DNA of 64,000 nucleotides from Putridiphycobacter roseus. GTDB lineage: Bacteria > Bacteroidota > Bacteroidia > Flavobacteriales_D > Crocinitomicaceae. The notes under the pieces were generated by a model that was given only the letters and a program-made list of their open reading frames with translations, did not search any database and was not told the origin of the DNA. The DNA lies in contig NZ_QKSB01000007.1 of NCBI RefSeq assembly GCF_003234935.1, positions 100,272 to 164,271 of the forward strand, written 5' to 3'. The position numbers and the translations under genes were made by a program. This document shows positions 28,412 through 39,330 of this stretch, in pieces (position 1 is the first letter of the stretch; each line of letters starts with the position of its first letter).

Positions 28412-29257
28412 GTGAAAATTGTAACCGAGGTAAAAGAATTAAAAAATCTAATTAATGCATTCCGATTAAATAATCCAAAGGATAATATTGGTTTTATCCC
28501 TACCATGGGCGCATTGCATCAGGGGCATGTTTCACTTATTGATGCTGCTAGTGATTTGTGTAATTTTGTAATCACTAGTATTTTTGTAAACCCAACACAA
28601 TTTAATGATAAAAAGGATTTAGAAAGGTATCCAAGAACGATTGAAGCAGATATGGAAGTGCTTGCTAATACAGCATGTGATGTTTTGTTTTTACCAACGG
28701 TTGCAGAAATGTATCCAATCAAAGATGCGGTTTATAGCATTGATTTGAATGGTTTAGACCAAGTTATGGAAGGAAAATTTCGTCAAGGTCATTTTGATGG
28801 GGTGTGCAATATTGTAGAATCCTTTTTTAGAATTATAGCACCAGATAAAGCGTTTTTTGGGATTAAAGATTTTCAACAAGTTGCTATTATAAAGCACATG
28901 ACCAAGGTACGGGCATTAAAAGTTGATGTAGTAACTTGTCCTATTTTGCGAGACGCTTCAGGCTTGGCAATGAGCTCCAGAAATGCCTTGCTAAGTCCGC
29001 AAGAAAAAGAATCGGCGAGAATACTTAATTGGGTCTTGAAGTTAGGTAAATTATTGGTGCAAGAAGGTAAACCTTTATCCGAAATCAAAGAAAATATGTT
29101 GGCTTTATTCGCACAAGGGAGCTTGGATTTAGAGTATCTTGAAATTGTAGATAATGATACATTACAAGCTGTAAATAGTGTTCAACCAAACATTAGTGCT
29201 TGTATTGTTGCTTATTGTGGTAATGTTAGATTAATAGATAATATACAACTGAATTAA
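28412..29257 (+). CDS. panC: pantoate--beta-alanine ligase
   Basis: 281 aa; PTMGALHQGH HxGH nucleotidyl-transferase motif and overall PanC layout. Confidence 0.95.
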   Translation: MKIVTEVKELKNLINAFRLNNPKDNIGFIPTMGALHQGHVSLIDAASDLCNFVITSIFVNPTQFNDKKDLERYPRTIEADMEVLANTACDVLFLPTVAEMYPIKDAVYSIDLNGLDQVMEGKFRQGHFDGVCNIVESFFRIIAPDKAFFGIKDFQQVAIIKHMTKVRALKVDVVTCPILRDASGLAMSSRNALLSPQEKESARILNWVLKLGKLLVQEGKPLSEIKENMLALFAQGSLDLEYLEIVDNDTLQAVNSVQPNISACIVAYCGNVRLIDNIQLN

Positions 29258-29347
29258 ATTTAGTGAAAAAAAGTAGATTTTAGATATTCAAACTCTATCC
29301 TAAAATAATTTGGTTAAATTTGTTCACTTAAATTTAAAACAAAGAAC

Positions 29348-30601
29348 ATGGCATATTTATTTACCTCTGAATCGGTTTCAGAAGGACACCCAGATAAAGT
29401 TGCAGATCAAATTTCTGACGCACTAATTGATCATTTTATGGCGTTTGATCCAAGCTCAAAAGTAGCTTGTGAGACTTTAGTTACTACTGGATTGGTTACT
29501 TTGGCCGGTGAAGTAAAGTCAAATGCATATTTAGACGTGCAACAAATTGCGCGTGATACAATTACTAAAATTGGTTACACCAAATCTGAATATCAGTTTG
29601 ACGCTAAGTCTTGTGCTGTAATTTCAGCTATTCATGAGCAATCTGACGATATTAACCGAGGTGTTGATAGAGGAAATCCTATGGATCAGGGTGCAGGAGA
29701 TCAAGGTATGATGTTTGGTTACGCAACAACGGAGACTGAAAACTACATGCCATTGGCATTAGATTTATCACATAAGTTATTACAAGAATTAGCTGATTTG
29801 CGTAGAGAAATGAAGGACATTACTTATTTACGTCCAGATGCAAAAGCGCAAGTTACTATTGAATACTCTGATGATAATGTTCCTCAGAGAATTGATTCAA
29901 TCGTGGTTTCCACACAACATGACGATTTTTCTGAGAATGAAGAAGAGATGTTGAATAAAATTAAAACGGATATTGTAGAGATTTTAATCCCTAGAGTTAA
30001 AGCAAAATTACCTGCAAAATTACAGGCTTTGTTTACGGATGATATTACTTACCACATTAATCCAACTGGAAAATTTGTAATTGGTGGACCACACGGTGAT
30101 ACAGGTTTGACCGGTAGAAAAATTATTGTAGATACCTACGGTGGAAAAGGTGCACACGGTGGTGGTGCTTTTTCTGGAAAAGATCCATCTAAAGTAGATC
30201 GTTCTGGTGCTTACGCAACTAGACATATTGCTAAAAATTTAGTTGCTGCAGGTGTGGCTTCAGAAATTTTAGTGCAAGTTTCCTATGCGATTGGTGTAGT
30301 GGAACCAATGGGAATTTTTGTAGATACTTATGGCACCGCTAATGTGGATATGACAGATGGTGAGATTGCAAAAATTGTAAGTACTGTTTTTGACATGAGA
30401 CCTTATGCTATTGAAACAAGATTAAAATTAAGAAATCCTATATATTCGGATACTGCAGCTTATGGTCACATGGGTAGAAACCCTGAAATTAAAACCATTA
30501 CTTTTAAAAATGCTGGTAGAGAAGAAACGGTGGAAGTGGAAACTTTTACTTGGGAAAAATTGGATTTTGTAGACAAAGTAAAAGCTGCTTTTAGTTTATA
30601 A
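29348..30601 (+). CDS. metK: S-adenosylmethionine synthetase
   Basis: 417 aa; [26 protein letters not shown]-terminal signature and the [16 protein letters not shown] motif. Confidence 0.95.
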   Translation: MAYLFTSESVSEGHPDKVADQISDALIDHFMAFDPSSKVACETLVTTGLVTLAGEVKSNAYLDVQQIARDTITKIGYTKSEYQFDAKSCAVISAIHEQSDDINRGVDRGNPMDQGAGDQGMMFGYATTETENYMPLALDLSHKLLQELADLRREMKDITYLRPDAKAQVTIEYSDDNVPQRIDSIVVSTQHDDFSENEEEMLNKIKTDIVEILIPRVKAKLPAKLQALFTDDITYHINPTGKFVIGGPHGDTGLTGRKIIVDTYGGKGAHGGGAFSGKDPSKVDRSGAYATRHIAKNLVAAGVASEILVQVSYAIGVVEPMGIFVDTYGTANVDMTDGEIAKIVSTVFDMRPYAIETRLKLRNPIYSDTAAYGHMGRNPEIKTITFKNAGREETVEVETFTWEKLDFVDKVKAAFSL

Positions 30602-30624
30602 ATTGACATTAACTATTTTATTTA

Positions 30625-30658
30625 AAAACCGCTTGAATTATTCATAGCGGTTTTTTTA
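30625..30658 (+). terminator. rho-independent terminator after metK
   Basis: aaaaccgct...agcggttttttt hairpin plus a T7 tract about 25 nt after the stop codon. Confidence 0.6.
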
Positions 30659-30723
30659 TACACGCTACTTTAATTATTTAAAGTATATTTATAGAGCATA
30701 TAACGAATTATAACATCTATTAC

Positions 30724-31293
30724 ATGAAGGACTTTTTTATCACCATGTCTACCTTAGAATTGGTTTTTTGGATTACCGCATTAGTCGGTTCCGCTGTTTT
30801 TAGCGTATTATTAATATTAAGTTTGTTTGGAGGTGATATAGATACGGATGTAGATGTGGAAATTGATGGTGATTTAGGGATCGGAATACAATTTTTCACC
30901 TTTAAAAATGTAATGGCCTTTTTCACTTTATTTGGTTGGACCGGAATTGTCTGTTTAGATAATCAATTTTCTACTGGATCGGCTATTACTGTCGCTAGTT
31001 TGGCTGGTTTAGCTATGATGTTTATTTTGGCTTTTTTATTTTATTGGATAAGCAGATTAGCAGAAAATGGAACATTGGTAATTGCAAAAGCAATTGGAGA
31101 AGTAGGAGAAGTTTATTTATCGGTTGGTGCAAACCGATCTAAAATGGGAAAAATAACCATTGACGTACAGGGTTCAAAAAGAGAATTAAATGCTTTAACA
31201 GACTCCAAAGTTGATTTAAAACAAGGAGATGTGATTAAAGTAACAGAGGTGGTAAGTGGCGAAATATTATTAATAGAAAAATTAACAAAATAA
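30724..31293 (+). CDS. NfeD-like membrane protein (YqiJ-type partner of flotillin)
   Basis: 189 aa; several TM helices in the N-terminal 120 aa then a C-terminal soluble beta-domain; immediately upstream of a flotillin gene (yqiJK-like pair). Confidence 0.65.
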   Translation: MKDFFITMSTLELVFWITALVGSAVFSVLLILSLFGGDIDTDVDVEIDGDLGIGIQFFTFKNVMAFFTLFGWTGIVCLDNQFSTGSAITVASLAGLAMMFILAFLFYWISRLAENGTLVIAKAIGEVGEVYLSVGANRSKMGKITIDVQGSKRELNALTDSKVDLKQGDVIKVTEVVSGEILLIEKLTK

Positions 31294-31297
31294 AAAA

Positions 31298-32704
31298 ATG
31301 GATTTAACTTTATTACAATCAAATGGTATTCCAGTATATGCCATTCCTGCAGCAGTAGTCGTTATTATTGCTGTATTTATATTTTCAATTGTTAAACGCT
31401 ATAAAAGATGTCCTTCCGATAGGATTTTGGTCGTTTATGGTAAAACTGGAGGTGGATCCGCAAAGTGTATTCACGGTGGTGGTGCGTTTATTTGGCCAAT
31501 TATTCAAGACTATGAATATTTAGATTTAACGCCTATTTCAATAGAAGTAAACTTAACGAATGCATTGTCTAAACAAAATATTCGTGTGAATGTACCTTCT
31601 CGTTTTACAATAGGTATTTCTACAGAACCGACAGTAATGCAAAATGCAGCAGAGAGATTACTTGGTTTGACAGGTGAAGCAACTCGAGATTTGGCGCAAG
31701 AAATCATTTTTGGCCAATTAAGAATGGTTGTGGCTTCCATGGATATTGAAGAAATTAATAGCGATAGAGATAAGTTTTTAACCCACATTACCCATAATGT
31801 AGAGGTGGAATTACAAAAAGTTGGACTTAAATTAATCAACGTTAATATTACCGATATTCATGATGAGTCTGGTTATATTGAAGCCTTAGGTAAAGAAGCG
31901 GCAGCGAAAGCGATAAATGATGCCCGAATTTCTGTTTCTCAAAAAAATAGAGATGGATCTATTGGGGAAGCAAACGCCATGCAGGACCAAAGGGTGCAGG
32001 TTGCTGCGGCAGACGCACAGGCAGTAGAAGGTGAGAATAATGCCAAAATTACTAAAGCCAATTCCAATGCTGCAAGACGTTCGAGAGAAGCAGAGGCGGA
32101 AAGATTAGCAAATGCTTCTGAAAAAGTACAATTAGCAAAAGCTTTGGAAGAATCTTATGCTGCAGAAAAAGTAGCGGAAGAAGCAAGAGCATTAAGAAAA
32201 CAAGCGGAACAGAATGCAGATATTATTGTTCCAGCTGCCATTCAAAAGCAGAAAATTGAAATTGATGCCGAAGCCGAAGCGGAACAAATCAGAAGAATTG
32301 CAAAAGGGGAAGCGGATAGTATATTATTCAAAAAACAAGCCGAAGCACAGGGTATGTTGGAAATCTTAACCAAACAAGCCGAAGGTTTAGATAGAATCGT
32401 TAAAGCTTCAGGAAATAGTCCTAAAGATGCTGTTTTATTATTAGTGGCAGATAAGTTGCCTGAATTGGTAAAAATTCAAGCGGATGCGATTAAAAATATC
32501 AAAATTGATAAAGTAACTGTATGGGATAGTGGATCAGGAAATAGTGCAGATGGAAAATCATCAACTGCTGGATTTCTTTCCGGATTATACAAGTCGGTAC
32601 CACCATTAGAGGAAATGTTTAACCAGGCAGGAATGCAATTGCCAAATTTCTTAAAAGGAGATAAATTGACAACGGAAACAGATGCTGAAGAAGTGAAAGA
32701 ATAA
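31298..32704 (+). CDS. flotillin / SPFH (band 7) family protein
   Basis: 468 aa; N-terminal TM segment, SPFH domain, then long Ala/Glu/Lys/Gln-rich coiled-coil (AEAEAEQIRRIAKGEAD...). Confidence 0.85.
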   Translation: MDLTLLQSNGIPVYAIPAAVVVIIAVFIFSIVKRYKRCPSDRILVVYGKTGGGSAKCIHGGGAFIWPIIQDYEYLDLTPISIEVNLTNALSKQNIRVNVPSRFTIGISTEPTVMQNAAERLLGLTGEATRDLAQEIIFGQLRMVVASMDIEEINSDRDKFLTHITHNVEVELQKVGLKLINVNITDIHDESGYIEALGKEAAAKAINDARISVSQKNRDGSIGEANAMQDQRVQVAAADAQAVEGENNAKITKANSNAARRSREAEAERLANASEKVQLAKALEESYAAEKVAEEARALRKQAEQNADIIVPAAIQKQKIEIDAEAEAEQIRRIAKGEADSILFKKQAEAQGMLEILTKQAEGLDRIVKASGNSPKDAVLLLVADKLPELVKIQADAIKNIKIDKVTVWDSGSGNSADGKSSTAGFLSGLYKSVPPLEEMFNQAGMQLPNFLKGDKLTTETDAEEVKE

Positions 32705-32727
32705 TTTTAAAATTAAATAAATTTTGA

Positions 32728-32765
32728 GTCCCCAATTTGATTATTCAGGTTGGGGATTTTTGTTT
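32728..32765. terminator. bidirectional rho-independent terminator between flotillin (+) and rnc (-)
   Basis: tccccaa...ttgggga hairpin flanked by A-run on the 5' side and TTTTTGTTTT on the 3' side. Confidence 0.55.
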
Positions 32766-32817
32766 TACGCTTTGTTTTGTGAAATTATAATCGATTTATA
32801 GCGACTAAGATCGTTGC

Positions 32818-33534
32818 TTATTCCATACCAAAAAGCTCCAAAGTTTCTTTTGAGGCGGCTTGTTCTGCTGTTTTTTTATTTTTACCTCGACCAATTCCCC
32901 ATTCCTTATTGTTGATAATGGCAGAAATTATATACGTGTAATCATTGTCTTTATCCGCATCTTCCTTAATTTGATACTTGATGTCCAATTTATTTTTTTG
33001 ACAATGAATAATCAAGGTACTTTTAAAGTCAATTTCTTCTTCCATTACCTTGGTCAGGTTAATGTATTTCCTGATGATAGAGGAGTTGAATACATCTTTG
33101 GTTGCCTGGTAGTCGGAATCTAGATAAATAGCGCCTATTAACGCTTCAAATGCGTTTCCAACAATGGTGTTGATGTTGATAGATTGGCCTTTGTTGTATT
33201 GTATGTAGTCGATCATTTCCATCTCTTCCCCAATTTGCGCCAACATTTTACGGTTTACTATTTTTGACTTAATTTTAGTCAAATCACCTTCTGGTTTATT
33301 GGGGAATTTTGTAAATAAATATTCTGCTACAATTAAGTCGATTACACGATCGCCTAAGAATTCTAATCTTTCATTACTTCTTACGCCTTCCAATAAGTTG
33401 GTATAAGATTTGTGTGAAAAAGCAGTTTCAAAAAGTTGAATATTTTTTGGCCGATAACCTGTTTTTTTAACAACGTAAGTTGTTAAAGAAATTAATTCTT
33501 CAGTATTCTTTTTTTTGGAAAGAAATTGAAACAA
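32818..33534 (-). CDS. rnc: ribonuclease III
   Basis: 238 aa; RNase III signature ERLEFLGDRVIDLIVAEYLF and a C-terminal dsRBD. Confidence 0.95.
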   Translation of the reverse strand: MFQFLSKKKNTEELISLTTYVVKKTGYRPKNIQLFETAFSHKSYTNLLEGVRSNERLEFLGDRVIDLIVAEYLFTKFPNKPEGDLTKIKSKIVNRKMLAQIGEEMEMIDYIQYNKGQSININTIVGNAFEALIGAIYLDSDYQATKDVFNSSIIRKYINLTKVMEEEIDFKSTLIIHCQKNKLDIKYQIKEDADKDNDYTYIISAIINNKEWGIGRGKNKKTAEQAASKETLELFGME

Positions 33535-33549
33535 ATTATTTGTTTTAGA

Positions 33550-34812
33550 TTAACCTTTGTATTTTCTGAATATGACAGAAGTATTATGTCCACCAAATCC
33601 AAACGTATTACTTAATGCAACGTTTACCGTTCTTTTCTGTGCTTTGTTAAAAGTAAGGTTTAATTTCGGATCAATTTCAGGATCATCTGTGAAATGATTA
33701 ATGGTAGGTGGTACAATATCATTTTCAATTGCTTTAATACAGGCAATTGCTTCAATTGCTCCAGCCGCACCTAATAAATGACCAGTCATTGATTTAGTAG
33801 AAGAAATGTTTAAGTCATAAGCATGGTCTCCAAAAATTGTTTTAATTGCTTTAGTCTCCGCAATATCACCTAATGGTGTAGAAGTTCCATGAACATTAAT
33901 ATAATCTACTTCTTCTTTTTTAATACCAGCTTCAGCAATTGCTTGTTTCATCACACTCAAAGCGCCTAAGCCATCTGGATGTGGTGCTGTAATATGATAA
34001 GCATCTGCAGAAAGTCCACTACCAATTACTTCTGCATAAATTTTTGCGCCCCTAGCTTTGGCATGTTCTAGTTCTTCTAAAATTAAAGCACCGGAACCTT
34101 CACCCAATACAAAACCATCTCTGTCTTTATCAAAAGGACGAGAAGCAGTTTCGGGCGAATCATTTCTAGTAGATAAAGCCTTTAAAGCATTAAAACCTCC
34201 TATACCTGCTACGTTAACCGCTGCTTCTGAACCACCAGAAACAATGATGTCTGATTTACCTAATTGAATCAACATACAAGCATCAATTAATGCATTGTTA
34301 GAAGATGCACAGGCAGAAACTGTAACGTAGTTAGGTCCGCGTAAACCATATTTAATGGAAATATGCCCAGCAGCAATATCTGCTATCATTTTTGGGATAA
34401 AGAAAGGATTGAATCTTGGTGTACCATCTCCAAGCGCGAAGTTTGTAGCTTCATCTTGAAAAGTTTTTAAACCACCAATACCAGATCCCCAAATTACACC
34501 AGCTCTTTCTAAATTGATTTTTTCTAAGTCAATCCCAGAGTCTGCCATGGCCTCTGATACAGAGACCATAGCATACTGTGAAAATTGATCTAGTTTTCTA
34601 GCTTCTTTGCGGTCGAGAAAATCTTCCACATTGAAATTTTTTAATTCACACGCAAATTGCGTTTTAAACTTACTCGCATCAAATTGTTTAATAGGAGCAG
34701 CACCACTGACACCGTTAATCAATGAGTTCCAATACTCATCTACAGTATTTCCTATAGGAGTCAAAGCTCCTAGTCCTGTGATCACAACTCTTTTCAATTC
34801 CATAAATGGCAA
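33550..34812 (-). CDS. fabF: beta-ketoacyl-[ACP] synthase II
   Basis: 420 aa; active-site Cys region (SACASS) and the His-His catalytic region typical of KAS II; sits between acpP and rnc. Confidence 0.95.
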   Translation of the reverse strand: MPFMELKRVVITGLGALTPIGNTVDEYWNSLINGVSGAAPIKQFDASKFKTQFACELKNFNVEDFLDRKEARKLDQFSQYAMVSVSEAMADSGIDLEKINLERAGVIWGSGIGGLKTFQDEATNFALGDGTPRFNPFFIPKMIADIAAGHISIKYGLRGPNYVTVSACASSNNALIDACMLIQLGKSDIIVSGGSEAAVNVAGIGGFNALKALSTRNDSPETASRPFDKDRDGFVLGEGSGALILEELEHAKARGAKIYAEVIGSGLSADAYHITAPHPDGLGALSVMKQAIAEAGIKKEEVDYINVHGTSTPLGDIAETKAIKTIFGDHAYDLNISSTKSMTGHLLGAAGAIEAIACIKAIENDIVPPTINHFTDDPEIDPKLNLTFNKAQKRTVNVALSNTFGFGGHNTSVIFRKYKG

Positions 34813-34840
34813 GTTAAGTTAAAAAGTTTTTAAGTTTGAA

Positions 34841-35077
34841 TTATTTTGTATTTCCTTCAATATAAGAGATAGCATCTCCTACTGTTTGAATTTTTTCAGC
34901 TTGGTCATCTGGAATTGCAATATTGAATTCTTTTTCAAATTCCATAATTAATTCCACAGTATCTAATGAATCAGCTCCTAAGTCATTTGTGAAGTTTGCT
35001 TCATTATTTACCTCATCTTCTGATACACCTAATTTATCTACAATTATAGATATTACTCTTGAATTTACGTCAGACAT
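34841..35077 (-). CDS. acpP: acyl carrier protein
   Basis: 78 aa; phosphopantetheine attachment motif [16 protein letters not shown]. Confidence 0.95.
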   Translation of the reverse strand: MSDVNSRVISIIVDKLGVSEDEVNNEANFTNDLGADSLDTVELIMEFEKEFNIAIPDDQAEKIQTVGDAISYIEGNTK

Positions 35078-35141
35078 AATATAATCCGTTTTTAGTTATT
35101 TACAATTGCAAAGAAAATACTATTCATCAAAAAATCAAAAT

Positions 35142-35807
35142 TTATCCGTAATATTTTATTATTTCATTAATTGGCTTACGCTGTATATTGGGAATTTGTG
35201 CCGTGTCTGCTGCGTATCCAACCGGCAATAATAAATAAGGTTTTTCATTTATTGGCCGATTTAGGGCTTGGGCCAAAAAGTCCATTGGGCTTGGTGTATG
35301 GGTTAAGGTAACCAGACCCGCATTATGTATCGAAGCAATTAATATACCAGCCGCAATACCCACAGATTCATTTACATAGTAGTTTTTTTGTCTGTTTCCG
35401 GTTGCATCTAAATCGTAGGTTTTTTTCATGATAATGATTAACCAAGGTGCTATTTCTAAAAATGGCTTGTTTTCGTCGGTACCTAATTTTTCTAGGTCTT
35501 TTTTCCATAAATCACCCATTCGAGATGCGTAATTTATTTTTTCTTCCTTTTCTGCTAAATTCCTAATTCTATGTTTTAAAGTCTTGCTTTGTATCGCGCA
35601 AAATACCCAAGGTTGCTTATTTGCTCCTGAAGGTGCCGTGCCAGCAGTCTTAATAATATTTTCAATGGTTTGTTGGGGTACAGGTTTATCAGAAAAATGT
35701 CTGATAGATCTTCTTTTATTCATCAATTGATAAAACTGTTCTGCTTTTTCAGATGATTCTGTTTCCTCCATCTGGATAGGCTCGTAAGATATATAGTCTG
35801 GCTTCAT
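35142..35807 (-). CDS. nitroreductase-family protein (NAD(P)H-dependent flavin oxidoreductase)
   Basis: 221 aa; RRSIRHFSDKPVP...APSGANKQPW is a nitroreductase-fold FMN-binding signature. Confidence 0.8.
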   Translation of the reverse strand: MKPDYISYEPIQMEETESSEKAEQFYQLMNKRRSIRHFSDKPVPQQTIENIIKTAGTAPSGANKQPWVFCAIQSKTLKHRIRNLAEKEEKINYASRMGDLWKKDLEKLGTDENKPFLEIAPWLIIIMKKTYDLDATGNRQKNYYVNESVGIAAGILIASIHNAGLVTLTHTPSPMDFLAQALNRPINEKPYLLLPVGYAADTAQIPNIQRKPINEIIKYYG

Positions 35808-35865
35808 TAAAATAGGATGTAATTTGTTCGTTAAATATAATTAATTTTACCCCCTTATATTTAAT

Positions 35866-36225
35866 ATGATGATAAAGATTTTTCACTTACCTTCTTGTAG
35901 CACTTGCCAAAGAATCATTAAAGAACTTGAGATTCAACAAGACGTTACATTTCAAGATATAAAAACAACGCCAATTTCGGAAGCAGATTTAGATAAAATG
36001 AAAGCTAGCGTTGGTTCTTATGAAGCTGTTTTTTCTAAAAGAGCTATGAAATATAAAAGTATGGACTTGAAAAATAAAAACTTAAAAGAATTGGATTATA
36101 AACGGTTAATATTGGAAGAGTATACTTTTTTAAAACGTCCAGTAATATTTGTCGACAATCAAGTTTTTATTGGTAACGCAAAGTCGGTGGTGGCAGCCGC
36201 AAAAATGGCTATCCATGGGGCGTAA
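35866..36225 (+). CDS. ArsC/Spx/YffB-family thioredoxin-fold protein
   Basis: 119 aa; N-terminal IKIFHLPSCSTCQR redox motif typical of ArsC-family proteins. Confidence 0.8.
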   Translation: MMIKIFHLPSCSTCQRIIKELEIQQDVTFQDIKTTPISEADLDKMKASVGSYEAVFSKRAMKYKSMDLKNKNLKELDYKRLILEEYTFLKRPVIFVDNQVFIGNAKSVVAAAKMAIHGA

Positions 36226-37144
36226 TCTTAAAGCTCATTTGTTATTGTTTACAGTTAACTTAATGTATGCCATAAATTATCTTGTCGCAAAAGGGTTAAT
36301 GCCAAATGCGATTTTACCAAATGGGTTTATTTTAGCGCGAGTTACAGGGGCAACTTTTTTATTTTGGTTAGTCTATTTATTTAATTATGAAAAAATAGCT
36401 AGAAAAGATATTGGTCGATTATTGCTGTGTGGATTATTTGGTGTTGCGATTAATCAACTGTTTTTTTTTAATGGCCTCATGCGGACTTCCCCACTTAACT
36501 CATCCATTATAATGACGGCTTCTCCCATCCTAGTTTTTGTGTTATCTATATATTTATTGGGAGAAAAGCCTACACGGCAAAAGATTATTGGCATTTCTTT
36601 GGGCGCAATTGGAGCCGTAGCAATCATATTGTTGAGCGCTAGAGGTATTGGCTCTGCTAGTCCAATTGGTGATTTGTTTATATTTATCAATGCCTGCTCC
36701 TATTCTTTATACTTGGTAATTGTAAAACCATTGATGGAAAAATATAAACCATTGACCGTAATTACTTGGGTGTTTACTTTTGGTCTTGTTTATATTTTGT
36801 TTTGGCCACCTACCACACAAGAGGCCTTTTTAGCCTACGAAAGAACATGGCTTCCTGAAGAATTGATAAAGTTGGCTTTTGTGGTGATTGGGGTAACTTT
36901 TATCCCTTATTTATTAACGGTAACAGCCATGAAAACACTGAGTCCTTCCATAGCAAGTGTTTATATTTATTTTCAACCACTTTTAGTCAGTATATTTATT
37001 GTCGGTCTATTTTATTTTGGTTTTTCAGATTATACCAATGATTTTACTTTTTGGAAGTTTTTAGCGAGTATCCTAGTATTCATTGGGGTATACTTGGTAA
37101 GTAAAAAAAGAAAAGTAGTGAAGTCTATAAAAATCATGAATTAA
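36215..37144 (+). CDS. EamA/DMT-superfamily transporter
   Basis: Start taken at MGRNLKAH (track ORF starts upstream at 36149 in the overlap with the ArsC-like gene); ~10 TM helices in two EamA-like halves. Confidence 0.8.
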   Translation: MGRNLKAHLLLFTVNLMYAINYLVAKGLMPNAILPNGFILARVTGATFLFWLVYLFNYEKIARKDIGRLLLCGLFGVAINQLFFFNGLMRTSPLNSSIIMTASPILVFVLSIYLLGEKPTRQKIIGISLGAIGAVAIILLSARGIGSASPIGDLFIFINACSYSLYLVIVKPLMEKYKPLTVITWVFTFGLVYILFWPPTTQEAFLAYERTWLPEELIKLAFVVIGVTFIPYLLTVTAMKTLSPSIASVYIYFQPLLVSIFIVGLFYFGFSDYTNDFTFWKFLASILVFIGVYLVSKKRKVVKSIKIMN

Positions 37145-37180
37145 TCCCTATTTTTACTGGCATAAACAAAAACTAAAAAC

Positions 37181-37951
37181 ATGAAAAAACTTATCTTCTC
37201 ATTTGTACTGCTTTCTTCTCTAAGTGCTTGGAGTCAAAGTAACGCGGTAAAATTGACCTTACCTCCTGTTAAATTGGGATTAGCTAATAATATTGGTATT
37301 GGTTACGAAAGAAAACTTACTGATGCGCTAGCTATTGGTGTAAAAGTAAATTTTTCTACCAAAAAAGCAGCTCCTTTAAGCGGCGTTTTAACTGACTTTG
37401 CAAAAGAACAATTAGATGACGCAAGTGTTAATACGGATATATTTAACAATAAATTTAAATCTTCTGGTTTGAGTTTTGAATTAAAATATTTTCCAGGTAA
37501 AAAAGCGTTAAAAGGATTTTATTTAGCCCCTTATTTTGGTATTCAAAAAGGTACATTAGCAGAATTTTCATTCGATTTTCCAGATAAAGATAATCCAGGT
37601 TTAACACATGGTGGAGATGTAAATATTGGTTTTAATTTTGTTGGTGGTGGAATCGGAATCGGTAACCAATGGATTATTGCAGATAGACTTTCTATTGATG
37701 TATTATGGGTTGGATTAGGTGTTGGTTCAAACAAATTCATTATCGAAGGTACAGAACAAGCTGGTGAAGAGGTAGATTTTGAAAATATTGATAAAGATGT
37801 AACTGATTTTATTAATGCGCAAGAAGGTTATGTGAAAAAATATGTAGAGAAAATAGAATCAGAATATACAGATGATTACATTAAATTGACTTCTAAAAAT
37901 TTAATTCCTTATTCTAAATTATTGAATATTTCTATTGGATTTACTTTCTAA
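37181..37951 (+). CDS. hypothetical outer-membrane beta-barrel protein (signal peptide)
   Basis: 256 aa; signal MKKLIFSFVLLSSLSAWSQS; alternating hydrophobic beta-strand pattern and C-terminal ...ISIGFTF. Confidence 0.65.
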   Translation: MKKLIFSFVLLSSLSAWSQSNAVKLTLPPVKLGLANNIGIGYERKLTDALAIGVKVNFSTKKAAPLSGVLTDFAKEQLDDASVNTDIFNNKFKSSGLSFELKYFPGKKALKGFYLAPYFGIQKGTLAEFSFDFPDKDNPGLTHGGDVNIGFNFVGGGIGIGNQWIIADRLSIDVLWVGLGVGSNKFIIEGTEQAGEEVDFENIDKDVTDFINAQEGYVKKYVEKIESEYTDDYIKLTSKNLIPYSKLLNISIGFTF

Positions 37952-37973
37952 TAGATACCAATAACTTTATTTT

Positions 37974-38007
37974 AAAAGAGCGTTTTTTATAAAACGCTCT
38001 TTTTTTA
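37974..38007 (+). terminator. rho-independent terminator
   Basis: aaaagagcgtttt...aaaacgctct hairpin followed by T7. Confidence 0.6.
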
Positions 38008-38052
38008 TGCAACCCTTTTTAATAATACCGCATCAAGTAAAAAATACAAGTT

Positions 38053-39327
38053 ATGAAAAATGTAATAGGGACTTTATTGGTGTTGGTATTTGTTTTTACC
38101 GCGTGTAAGGACAAGCAATTTCAAAAGTATACAGCAAATGTGCCAGTTTATACTGACTTTGAAACTTTCAGGGCAGGTTTAGGGACCGTTAAATACGAGT
38201 CAGCTAAAACCATTGCGCAAAAAGGCAATATATATTTTAAGGATAATTACTTGTTTATATTAGATAATTTTGAAGGTATTCACATCATAGACAATACTAA
38301 CCCTAAGGCACCAATCAATAAGGCTTATTATGCCATCACAGGAATTACAGGAATTGTCATTAAAAATCAATATTTATATGTCAATGCCTATACAGATTTG
38401 GTAGTGATTGACGTTTCAAGTATAGAGAATCCAAAGGAAAGTGGCCGATTAGAAAATGTTTTTGAATACGCTTGGCCAACGCACGATCCGCAATATCCAC
38501 TTGCAAATGTAGACCCTTCGAAAGGTATCATCACGGGATGGGAAATAGAAGAGTATGTAACAGATAAAACACCAATAGGTGGCTGTATCAATTGTACTTT
38601 TCTAGCTGATGCGACAGGGTTTGAGTCTGGGTTTTTGTATAGCAACGATATGAGTGTTGGCAGCAGTAGTCAAGGTGTTTCTGGAAGCATTACTAAATTT
38701 TCCTTACTCAACGATTATTTGTATGTAATGGATGGGAATAATTTAAAGCCATTTGATTTATCTAGTCCAACGCGACCATCTAATACAAATCAAGTCGGTA
38801 TTTGGAGAGAAGTGGAGACTTTATTTACCTATAATGATCATATTTTTATGGGAACCACAACTGGCATGTTGATTTATGAAACAGGGAATAGAAATGAACC
38901 TACACAAGTTGGTGTTATACAGCATGCAAATGCTTGTGATCCAGTAGTGGTTGATGGGGATTATGCATACGTAACTTTAAGAACGGGAACAGCTTGTAGC
39001 GGACAACAAAACCAATTGGACGTAATAGATGTCAGCAACTACAGTCAACCTGAATTAAAAAAGACGTACAGTTTAAAAAACCCGCATGGCTTAGGCATTA
39101 AAAACAATACTTTGTTTGTGTGTGATGGTTCAGCTGGACTAAAAATATATGATGCAACAGAACCTTTGACTGTAGGAGATAATAAAGTTAAAACCTATGG
39201 TTCCATTCAAGCAACCGATATTATTGTACTCGAAAACATAGCCATGCTAATTGGAGATGATGGCCTTTATCAATACGACATTACTGACATTCAAAATATT
39301 CAAAAATTAAGTCAATTAAAATTTTAA
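38053..39327 (+). CDS. LVIVD-repeat beta-propeller lipoprotein
   Basis: 424 aa; lipobox LVFVFTACKD; repeated LVVIDVS / LDVIDVS / LYVCDGSAGL motifs characteristic of LVIVD repeats. Confidence 0.8.
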   Translation: MKNVIGTLLVLVFVFTACKDKQFQKYTANVPVYTDFETFRAGLGTVKYESAKTIAQKGNIYFKDNYLFILDNFEGIHIIDNTNPKAPINKAYYAITGITGIVIKNQYLYVNAYTDLVVIDVSSIENPKESGRLENVFEYAWPTHDPQYPLANVDPSKGIITGWEIEEYVTDKTPIGGCINCTFLADATGFESGFLYSNDMSVGSSSQGVSGSITKFSLLNDYLYVMDGNNLKPFDLSSPTRPSNTNQVGIWREVETLFTYNDHIFMGTTTGMLIYETGNRNEPTQVGVIQHANACDPVVVDGDYAYVTLRTGTACSGQQNQLDVIDVSNYSQPELKKTYSLKNPHGLGIKNNTLFVCDGSAGLKIYDATEPLTVGDNKVKTYGSIQATDIIVLENIAMLIGDDGLYQYDITDIQNIQKLSQLKF

Positions 39328-39330
39328 GGC

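Noticed and set aside
29258-29347. Possible SAM riboswitch upstream of metK
   Set aside because: The spacer is only 90 nt, AT-rich, and lacks the conserved GC-rich helices of SAM-I/SAM-II aptamers. No candidate structure was found.
36149-36214. 5' extension of the EamA transporter ORF overlapping the ArsC-like gene
   Set aside because: The extension (MSTIKFLLVTQSRWWQPQKWLS) overlaps the well-formed ArsC-family CDS in another frame. The internal ATG at 36215 gives a normal transporter N-terminus.
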